Origin: Planctomycetota bacterium
Lineage (GTDB): Bacteria > Planctomycetota > B15-G4
DNA: 64,000 nucleotides
Assembly: GCA_038212275.1 (NCBI GenBank)
Contig: JBBQUR010000005.1
Location: 96,001 to 160,000, forward strand
Direction of reading: 5' to 3'
The position numbers were made by a program, and so were the translations under genes. Below are positions 47,551-55,419 of the stretch, piece by piece (positions within the stretch are counted from its first letter, which is position 1; each line of letters begins with the position of its first letter). The notes beneath the pieces are model-generated. The model did no database searches, was not told where the DNA came from, and saw only the letters and a list, made by a program, of their open reading frames with translations.

Positions 47551-49554
47551 ATGCACGACGCGCCTTGTTCGACTCCGTCCGCAGCGCGCCGAGCCGTGGC
47601 GCGCCGATGCGTGGCGCGCCGATGCGTGGCGCGCAGGCCGGGCCCGCTTTCCTCCGCGCGGTCCGGTCCGCTGCGCGCACTGCGGGACATCATGCTCGTC
47701 GCCGCGTGGTGCGCGTTCGTGGCGACAGCATGCACGCCGTCGCCTCCGCCGCCGATGACACCACTGTCGCCGCCGCCTTCGTCGCCGCCGCTGCGCATTC
47801 ATGACGTGCAGGGAGCGGCTCATCGCTCGCCGCTGGCCGGGCAGCGAGTTCAGGACGTGCGCGGCATCGTCACCGCGGTGCACAAGTCCGCCTTCACGAT
47901 GCAGGAGCCGGACGCCGGCGCGGATGACCGCCCGGAGACCTCCGAGGGAGTGCTCGTCTACCTCGGCGCCGCGCCGTCGGTGAAGGTGGGCGATGCGGTG
48001 TCGGTGTCGGGCACGGTGATCGAGTACCGGCCCGACGACCGCGCCGACCAACTCTGCGTCACGGAGCTGGCCGAGTCGCCGCAGGTCACGCTGCTCGCGC
48101 ACGGCCAGCCGCTGCCGGCGCCGGTGATTCTCGGTCGCGCCGGCCGCGTGCCGCCCGCCGCCGTCTTCTGCGACGACGCGCCCGACGGCGACGTCGACCT
48201 CGGCGGCCCCTTCGATCCGGACTCGGACGGCCTGGACTTCTTCGAAAGCCTCGAGGGCATGCGCGTCGCCGTGCAGGATGCGGTGGCGATCGGGCCGACG
48301 AGCGCGCGCCACGAGCTCTGGGTGCTGGGCGACGGCGGCGCGCTGGCCAGCGGCCGCAACGCGCGCGGCGGCCTGACCTCCGGCGTCGACGACGGCAATC
48401 CCGAGCGCCTGCTGCTCGACTCGAGCCTCAAGCGCCTGCCCGATGTCGCTGTCGGCGCGCGCTTCCCGGGCCCGCTCGTCGGCGTGCTCGGTCATGCCTT
48501 CGGCAACTTCCGCATCGCGGTGCAGGAGCTGCCCGCTGCAGAGGGCGGCGTGTCACCCGACGGCAACGAGCCGCCCGCGCGCGACGGCGAACTGCTCGTC
48601 GCGTCGTTCAACCTGCTCAATCTGTCGGCGCGTACGGAGCCCGCGCGCGTCGCCGCCCTCGCAAGGCAGATCGTCAACGGTCTCGGTGCGCCCGACGTGC
48701 TGGGCCTGCAGGAGATTCAGGACGACAGCGGCCCCGCGAACGACGGCACGACCTCTGCGGCAACCACCGTGGCGCGGCTCGTTGCGGCCATCGTGGCGGC
48801 GGGCGGTCCGTCCTATCGCGGCGTGGACATCGCGCCGCTCGACGGGCTGGACGGCGGACAACCCGGCGCGAACATCCGCCCCGTGCTGCTGTACCGCACC
48901 GATCGCGGCCTGCAGTTCGTGCAGCGCGGCGCGGCCGGCGCCCGTGACGCGACGACTGTCGAACGCGATGCCGCCGGTGTCGTGCGGCTCTCGCGCAGTC
49001 CCGGTCTCGTCGCACCGCTCGATCCGGCCTTCGCGCACAGCCGCAAGCCGCTCGTGGCCGAGTTTGCGTGGGCCGGCCGCCCGCTCTTCCTCGTGGTGAA
49101 TCACTGGAACAGCAAGAGCGGCGACCAGTCGCTTGCCGGCCGGCACCAGCCGCCGGTGCGCGGCAGCGACGCACAACGCGTGAGCCAGGCGCGCGCCGTG
49201 CGCAGCTTCGTCGACGCGCTGCTCGCCGCGGATGCCGACGCCGATCTCGTCGTGCTCGGCGACCTGAACGACGTCCCCGGATCCGCGCCGCTGGCCGTGC
49301 TCACGGCCGGAACGGCCGGCCGCGCAGGCCTCACGGATCTCGCCGACGGCCTGCCCGCGGCAGAGCGCTACACCTATGTGCACGAAGGCAACAGCCAGCA
49401 ACTCGATCACATCCTGCTCAGCCCGCATCTTCTGCGTGCGCGCCCGACGGACCTGCCGGCTTTCCGCTGCGTGCACCTGAATGCGGAGTTCCACGCGCCG
49501 CCCAGCGATCACGACCCCTGCGTCGCGCGGCTGCACCCCGCCGCGACGCGCTGA
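47551..49554 (+). CDS. Extracellular endonuclease/exonuclease/phosphatase (ExeM/NucH-like) with OB fold
   Basis: IHDVQG..HRSPL, ESLEGMRV, SFNLLN, LQEIQD, SRKPL, NHWNSK, GDLND, LDHIL, SDHDP. Confidence 0.9.
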   Translation: MHDAPCSTPSAARRAVARRCVARRCVARRPGPLSSARSGPLRALRDIMLVAAWCAFVATACTPSPPPPMTPLSPPPSSPPLRIHDVQGAAHRSPLAGQRVQDVRGIVTAVHKSAFTMQEPDAGADDRPETSEGVLVYLGAAPSVKVGDAVSVSGTVIEYRPDDRADQLCVTELAESPQVTLLAHGQPLPAPVILGRAGRVPPAAVFCDDAPDGDVDLGGPFDPDSDGLDFFESLEGMRVAVQDAVAIGPTSARHELWVLGDGGALASGRNARGGLTSGVDDGNPERLLLDSSLKRLPDVAVGARFPGPLVGVLGHAFGNFRIAVQELPAAEGGVSPDGNEPPARDGELLVASFNLLNLSARTEPARVAALARQIVNGLGAPDVLGLQEIQDDSGPANDGTTSAATTVARLVAAIVAAGGPSYRGVDIAPLDGLDGGQPGANIRPVLLYRTDRGLQFVQRGAAGARDATTVERDAAGVVRLSRSPGLVAPLDPAFAHSRKPLVAEFAWAGRPLFLVVNHWNSKSGDQSLAGRHQPPVRGSDAQRVSQARAVRSFVDALLAADADADLVVLGDLNDVPGSAPLAVLTAGTAGRAGLTDLADGLPAAERYTYVHEGNSQQLDHILLSPHLLRARPTDLPAFRCVHLNAEFHAPPSDHDPCVARLHPAATR

Positions 49555-49645
49555 CGCACCGCCGGCGCGCTCGGTGCAACCGGCACGAATGCCTCGACAG
49601 ATGCGACTGGCGCGCGCGGGCGCGTGGCAGTACACCTTGCGCCGC

Positions 49646-50872
49646 ATGCCCGGAGCTGCCCGACACCAATCCGCTTCGCCCGGACGCGCGCACGGCGCTC
49701 GACGGGCGCATCGTGTCTTCGCGTGGTTGCCGTGTCTCGCTGCGGCCGCGACGTTCGCGCCAGGCGCGGAGGTTGCGCTGCGCGTGCCCGCCGTGCAGGT
49801 CGCTGGACAGGTTGTCGCCCCGATCGTCGCGCCAGTCGTCGCGCCAGTCGTCGCGCCAGTTGTCGCGCCGCGAGACGCGGCAGCGGCGCAAGCTTCGGGG
49901 GCCGCGCCGGTGGAACTTCCCGCCGCTGCGCTGGAGGCCGTCGCGATCGTGTCGAGCCGCCACTTGCGTCGCAAGGGGCACATGCTGGCGGTGCCCGTGG
50001 AGCGCTATCTCGCCGGACGCGGTCCCGAAGAGCTCTACGTCGAAGACGCGACCAGCGATCCGGTCGTGCTGGGCGGCGAGGATGACAACGCGTGGATCCT
50101 CTTCCTGTTCACGTCGCCGCGGGGCATGCGGGTGGCGGTCGCCCTGCGCGACACCGTGGTGACGCTGGCGCCCGACGGGACGATCAGCAGCGCGTTCCCG
50201 CCGCGGACGTCCGAGTCGCTCATCGATCTCGTGCTGTCGCTGCGGACGTGCCGGCATGGCAACGGCGCGGCGCCCGCGCACGCGCTCGTGCAGTCCTTGC
50301 TTGCGGAGCGCGACGCGGACCTGCGCCTGGTCGGCCTGCAGCTCGCGGGTTCGAGCCTGAGGCATGAGCCGCAACCGTGGGCCGACGCGGCGGAGACGGG
50401 TGGCGCGCACGCGCTGGCGGCACTGGTCGACGAACAGCCGCTGGTGCGAAGCGCGGCGCGGGCGCTGCTGCCGGCCGTGCCGCCTGCCGTGGCGCTGCGT
50501 CGGCTGGAGGTCCTGCTCGCGACGGTGCAGCGACCCGAGGTGTGCGCCGAACTGCTCGCTGCGGCGGTCGCGCTGCTCGACACCGCCATCGGGCCGGCTG
50601 AGCCTGCCGAGGGCACACTCACCACCGTCGCCGCCGTGCGCGCCCGACTGGCGCAGCGCGTCGCCTCGGAGCTGGAGCGCGACGCGTCGACGGTGAGCGC
50701 GGCGCTTTCGGGCCCGGATGCCGCGCGGCGGGAGCTCGGCGCGCGCTGGGTGGCCGCCCTCGTCGCGGACGGCGAGGACCTGCCGACGCTCGCTCCGGAG
50801 GACGCCGGCGCACGGCTGGAGTCCTGGCTCGCGGCGCAGCGCTCGCTACCAGCGGGTCTGTCGCAGCGGTGA
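49646..50872 (+). CDS. Hypothetical exported protein with an alpha-helical (HEAT-like) C-terminal half
   Basis: Fills the intergenic gap in the GC3-biased frame; signal-like segment; VVAP repeats. Confidence 0.55.
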   Translation: MPGAARHQSASPGRAHGARRAHRVFAWLPCLAAAATFAPGAEVALRVPAVQVAGQVVAPIVAPVVAPVVAPVVAPRDAAAAQASGAAPVELPAAALEAVAIVSSRHLRRKGHMLAVPVERYLAGRGPEELYVEDATSDPVVLGGEDDNAWILFLFTSPRGMRVAVALRDTVVTLAPDGTISSAFPPRTSESLIDLVLSLRTCRHGNGAAPAHALVQSLLAERDADLRLVGLQLAGSSLRHEPQPWADAAETGGAHALAALVDEQPLVRSAARALLPAVPPAVALRRLEVLLATVQRPEVCAELLAAAVALLDTAIGPAEPAEGTLTTVAAVRARLAQRVASELERDASTVSAALSGPDAARRELGARWVAALVADGEDLPTLAPEDAGARLESWLAAQRSLPAGLSQR

Positions 50873-50937
50873 CGAGGCGCGTGCGCGCCAGCGCCCCGTG
50901 GCGCACGCGCCGTCGCGCCGCGTAACCTGTCGCTCCG

Positions 50938-52419
50938 ATGCAGCGCCTCCGGCTCAGGACCTTCGTGGACGTGCGCCCCGGCGAGGTTGGCGCACTGCTG
51001 CTCTCCTTCGCGTACTTCTTCTTCCTGTTGTGCGGCTACTACATCCTGCGGCCGCTGCGCGACGCGTGGGGCATCGAGGGCGGCACCGACAAGCTGCAGT
51101 GGTTGTTCATCGCCACCTTCCTCACGATGCTCGTGGTGAATCCGCTCTACAGCGCGGTCGTCACGCGCGGCAGCCGTCGGCGCATCGTGCCCCATGTCTA
51201 CCGCTTCTTTGCGCTGAACCTCGTCGGCTTCTACGTGCTGCTGCAACTCGACGTGGACCGCATCCACGTGGGCTACGCCTATTTCGTCTGGGTCTCCGTC
51301 TTCAACGTCTTCGTCGTGGCCATCTTCTGGAGCTTCATGGCCGACCTGTTCAGCAATGAACAGGGGCGGCGGATGTTCAGCTTCATCGCGATGGGCGGCA
51401 CGCTGGGCGCGCTGACCGGCCCGCTCATCACGAAGTTCCTGGCGCTGGAACTGGGCACGGCCAATCTGCTGCTGCTCTCGGCCGTGCTGCTCGAGGTCTG
51501 CACGCAGTGCGTCGGCTGGTTGTTGCGCCACTGCGACGCGCAGCCCGCCATGCAGGCCGGCGATGCGGCCACGAGCGCAGGCGACGCGGCCAGGAGCGGC
51601 GGCGACGCGGCTGCCGGGGCCGGCGCTCAGCGTGCTGCGAATCGCGCCACGAATCGCGCCACGAATCGCGCCGGCGGTGCAGACGATCGCGTCGGCGGGA
51701 GCATTCTCGGCGGCATCCGGCTCGTGTTCGAGGACCCGTACATGCTGGGTGTCGCGGCGCAGATCCTCTGCCTGACGACGACGGCGACGTTTCTGTACCT
51801 GCTGCAGGCGCGCCTCGTCGCGGAGACCGTGGAGGGTACGGCGGCGCGCACGGCGGCCTTCGCGAACATCGACCTCGTCGTGAACTCGCTCGAGATCGGG
51901 CTGCAGCTGTGCGTCACCGCGCCGCTCATCCGGCGCGCCGGACTGGCCAACGCGCTGCGCGTGCTGCCGTTCGTCACGGGGGTCGGCTCCCTGGTGCTCG
52001 CCGCGCAGCCCACGGTGCTCGTGCTCACCGTCTTCCAGGGCATCCGGCGCGCCGTGCAGTACGCGGTCTACCGGCCGGCGCGCGAGCTGCTCTTCACCGT
52101 CGTCGGCCGCGAGCGCAAGTACGCCACCAAGGGCTTCATCGACACCGCCGTGTATCGCGGCGGCGACATGGTCTCCGCGCAGGCTTTCGCCGGCCTCGAG
52201 TTCCTCGGACTCAAGACGGCAGGGCTCGCGCTGGCCGGCCTGCCCATCGTCGGCGGCTGGTGGATGCTCTCCGGCTTTCTCGCCCGACGCCAGCAGGAAC
52301 TCGCGCTGGCACAGTCGGCTGCGGTGAATCCACCGCTCGCGTGCGCACCGGACGCCGCCTCAGCTCTCGACACATCTCTCCATCCTCCGACGCCTCCGGC
52401 GAAAGGTCCCGCTGCATGA
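50938..52419 (+). CDS. MFS transporter, ATP/ADP translocase (NTT/TLC)-like
   Basis: YYILRPLRD, FWSFMADLF...GRRMFSFI..GG, RPARELLFTVV.RERKY..K.FIDTAVYRGGD. Confidence 0.87.
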   Translation: MQRLRLRTFVDVRPGEVGALLLSFAYFFFLLCGYYILRPLRDAWGIEGGTDKLQWLFIATFLTMLVVNPLYSAVVTRGSRRRIVPHVYRFFALNLVGFYVLLQLDVDRIHVGYAYFVWVSVFNVFVVAIFWSFMADLFSNEQGRRMFSFIAMGGTLGALTGPLITKFLALELGTANLLLLSAVLLEVCTQCVGWLLRHCDAQPAMQAGDAATSAGDAARSGGDAAAGAGAQRAANRATNRATNRAGGADDRVGGSILGGIRLVFEDPYMLGVAAQILCLTTTATFLYLLQARLVAETVEGTAARTAAFANIDLVVNSLEIGLQLCVTAPLIRRAGLANALRVLPFVTGVGSLVLAAQPTVLVLTVFQGIRRAVQYAVYRPARELLFTVVGRERKYATKGFIDTAVYRGGDMVSAQAFAGLEFLGLKTAGLALAGLPIVGGWWMLSGFLARRQQELALAQSAAVNPPLACAPDAASALDTSLHPPTPPAKGPAA

Positions 52420-53645
52420 ACACCAGCCTCTTCCGCGATCTGTCCACCCTTGCACACGGCCTGCCGTTCGCCGGCGCCGCCCTGCTCGCCTCGCTGCTGC
52501 TCGCGACGACGACCTCGGCGCAGGACGGCCATGCGGCGCATGCCGTGGCCGCCGCCCGCGCCACGCCGGACGACGCGATGCCGAAGCCGCAGCGCATCCT
52601 CATCCTGGGCGGCACCGGCTTCCTCGGGCCGCAGATCGTGGACGCGGCGACCGCGCGCGGCCATCACGTCACGCTCTTCAATCGCGGCAAGACGCGGCCG
52701 GAGCTGTTCAAGGACCGGCCGGAGATCGAGATCCTGCACGGCGACCGCGACCCGAAGAAGGACGAGGGCCTGGCGTCCCTGGAGGACGCCGTCGTCGCCG
52801 GCACGCATTGGGATGCGGTGGTGGACACCTCCGGCTACGTGCCGCGCATCGTGGGCGCGAGCGCCAACGTGCTGGCGCCGGCCATCGACCAGTACGTCTT
52901 CATCTCCACGATCTCCGTCTTTGCCGACGACGTCGCGCAGCACAGCGCCGAGGACGGCAAGCTCGCGACGATGCCCGACGAGACCAGCGAGGACGTGCGC
53001 CAGTTCTACGGCGCGCTGAAGGTGCTGTGCGAGAAGGCCGCGGAGGCCGCCGCGCCCGGCAAGGTCACGACCATCCGCCCCGGCCTCATCGTCGGCCCCG
53101 GCGATCCGACGGATCGCTTCACCTACTGGCCCGTGCGCATCGCTCGCGGCGGCGAGGTGCTGTGCCCCGGCGACGGCGCCGATCCGATCCAGTTCATCGA
53201 CGTGCGCGACCTGGCGGAGTTCACGGTGCACTGCATCGAGCAGCGCAGCTTCGGCACCTTCAACGCGACCGGCCCCGAGCGCGAGCTGCCGATGAAGGAA
53301 CTCGTGGATGCCTGCGCGGCACAGCCCCAGGCGCCTGGCGCGACGCCGGCCACGCTCACCTGGGTGCCGACGGACTTCCTGGTAGCGCAGCAGGTCTCGC
53401 CGTGGAGCGACATGCCGGTCTGGGTGCCGCGCGGCCCCGACAACGGCTTCTCGAACATCGACTGCTCCAAGGCCATCGCGGCGGGGTTGAGCTTCCGGCC
53501 CGTGACGCCGACGGTGCATGACACGCTCGCCTGGTGGGCGACGCTGCCCGAGGAGCGCCGTGCGAAGCTGAAGGACGGCATCTCGCCCGAGCGCGAAGCC
53601 GAGGTGCTCGCCGCATGGAAGGCCAGCGAGGCCGCGCCGCGCTGA
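52416..53645 (+). CDS. Atypical SDR (NAD-dependent epimerase/isoflavone-reductase-like) with a signal peptide
   Basis: ILGGTGFLG, FNRGK, YGALK, RPGLIVGPGDPTDRFTYW, IDVRDLA. Confidence 0.88.
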   Translation: MNTSLFRDLSTLAHGLPFAGAALLASLLLATTTSAQDGHAAHAVAAARATPDDAMPKPQRILILGGTGFLGPQIVDAATARGHHVTLFNRGKTRPELFKDRPEIEILHGDRDPKKDEGLASLEDAVVAGTHWDAVVDTSGYVPRIVGASANVLAPAIDQYVFISTISVFADDVAQHSAEDGKLATMPDETSEDVRQFYGALKVLCEKAAEAAAPGKVTTIRPGLIVGPGDPTDRFTYWPVRIARGGEVLCPGDGADPIQFIDVRDLAEFTVHCIEQRSFGTFNATGPERELPMKELVDACAAQPQAPGATPATLTWVPTDFLVAQQVSPWSDMPVWVPRGPDNGFSNIDCSKAIAAGLSFRPVTPTVHDTLAWWATLPEERRAKLKDGISPEREAEVLAAWKASEAAPR

Positions 53646-53681
53646 GTGAATGCCCGCGCCGAGGGCGGTATACCCAGCCGC

Positions 53682-55361
53682 GTGGATCGCCCGGTCACGC
53701 ACGATGTCTCTCCCGCCCGGCAGCAGCGCCTGCGTGCGCTGTTTGCCGCGCGCGGGCACGCGCTGACGACGAACCCGAAGAACGAGTACATCGCCTTCGA
53801 GGTGCGCACGCAGGACAAGTCCATCTTCACGCTCTACACGAGCGGCAAGTTCGTGTGCACCGCGCGCAGCGGCGACCCCGAGGGCGCGGTGCTGCTGGCG
53901 GACATCACGGAGCTGCTCGGCGGGGCGGCCGCGCCGCGCGCCGGCACGTCGGGCACGACCGGCACGTCGGGCACGGCCGGCACGTCGCGCACGGCCGGCA
54001 CGTCGCACACGGCCGGCACGTCGCGCACGGCCGGCACGTCGCGCACGGCCGGCACGGCAGCGGCCGCCGGAGGCGGGAAGAGCGAGCGGGGCGAGAAGGC
54101 GGTCGGCGCCTCGCAGGAGTCGGGTTCCGGCGGGCGTACGTCCAACGGTCTGTCGCTGGGCAGCAAGCGCGGCCTGCACTGGCTCGGCGGCGTGGACGAG
54201 ACCGGCACCGGCGAGTTGCTCGGCACCGCAGTGCTCTCCGGCGCGCTCCTGCCCGTGCCGCTGGCCGACGCGGTGGCTGCGGTCGCGGGGCATGTGGAGA
54301 CGAAGGCGTCGCGCGCCGCGTCCGGCTGGGCTGCTCTGGGCGAGCAACTCGCAGGGCTCGGCGAGAAGGGGCTGCACCTCTCGTCGCTGCCCGTCCCCAA
54401 TCGGCTCTTCGATGCGTGGTCCAAGAACGGGCTGCTCGACCTGGCCTACGTGCGCCTCGTCGGCGACATGCTGGCGAGCGCCGGGCTGGCGCGTGCCGGG
54501 TCGCTGGCCGATCTCGAGCTCGTCATCGACGACTACGGCACCGGCCCTCTGCTCGCCGACGCAGTCGAGGCCTGGCGCGGCCGCGGCATGACCGTGCTCG
54601 TGCAGACGCGCGCGGACGACCGGCACCTCGCGGTGCGCGTCGCGTCGGTGGTGGCGCGGGCGCACCGCAGTCGCGAGAAGACGGGCCTCGACCGCAGCGT
54701 GATCGACGGACCGCTGGGCACCGGCAACGCGGGCCACGGCATCACGCTGCGCTGGCTGCGTCGCCGCGCGGCCGCACGCGATCATGTGCAGGGCATCTGG
54801 CCTCCGTTCGTGAAGGCCTCGTTCAAGACGGTGCGCTTCGCGGACGGCCTGCCCGAGGTGACCAAGCGCCGCGTCCCGCTGCTGCGCGAGCTGCTCGACG
54901 ATGACGGCGCGCGAGACTTCCTGCGCGGCCGGCTCGACGTGAGCACGGCCGTGCTGCGTGGTGCGGGCGGTGCGCCGCTGCGCGCCTTCGCCGTCACCGC
55001 GCGCGGCGAGTTGCGCGAGCCCTCGCCGCCATGTGTGGCGTGGGAGCTGCTGCCGGTGCTCTGCGGCGGAGTCGTGCTGCACGACAGCGTCTGCGATGCG
55101 GACACGCTGGAGGCGCTGCTGGAACCCGAGGTCGGTCTGCTCACCGGCTGGCGCGTGCTGGTCGGTCCGCGCGATGCGGCCGACACGCGCGACGCCGGCA
55201 CCGCCACGCTGGCCACGCTTGCCGCCAGCCATGCTGCGGGCCAGCTCATGGTCGTGCCCACGGCGGTGGCAGACCCGCTGGATCGCGTGCGCCGCCATGC
55301 GGCCGTGCTGCTCTCGCGCGAGAGCTGCCCGGACGTGCTGTCGCTGCAGCTCGTGAGCTGA
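53682..55361 (+). CDS. Type 2 RNase H (HII/HIII)-fold nuclease with a TBP-like N-terminal domain and an extra C-terminal domain
   Basis: FTLYTSGKFV (TBP-like); GVDETGTGE, VIDDYG, RADD..LAVRVASVVAR, GTGN. GTG start chosen from TATACC-N7. Confidence 0.78.
   Translation: MDRPVTHDVSPARQQRLRALFAARGHALTTNPKNEYIAFEVRTQDKSIFTLYTSGKFVCTARSGDPEGAVLLADITELLGGAAAPRAGTSGTTGTSGTAGTSRTAGTSHTAGTSRTAGTSRTAGTAAAAGGGKSERGEKAVGASQESGSGGRTSNGLSLGSKRGLHWLGGVDETGTGELLGTAVLSGALLPVPLADAVAAVAGHVETKASRAASGWAALGEQLAGLGEKGLHLSSLPVPNRLFDAWSKNGLLDLAYVRLVGDMLASAGLARAGSLADLELVIDDYGTGPLLADAVEAWRGRGMTVLVQTRADDRHLAVRVASVVARAHRSREKTGLDRSVIDGPLGTGNAGHGITLRWLRRRAAARDHVQGIWPPFVKASFKTVRFADGLPEVTKRRVPLLRELLDDDGARDFLRGRLDVSTAVLRGAGGAPLRAFAVTARGELREPSPPCVAWELLPVLCGGVVLHDSVCDADTLEALLEPEVGLLTGWRVLVGPRDAADTRDAGTATLATLAASHAAGQLMVVPTAVADPLDRVRRHAAVLLSRESCPDVLSLQLVS
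53942..54058 (+). repeat. 18-bp in-frame repeat encoding GTSRTA, about 6 copies
   Basis: GGCACGTCGCGCACGGCC-like units. Confidence 0.88.
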
Positions 55362-55419
55362 GCGCATCCATCGAGTTGTCGCATGGTGCGCCCCGGGCTG
55401 GACACGTCGACCCCGAGGA

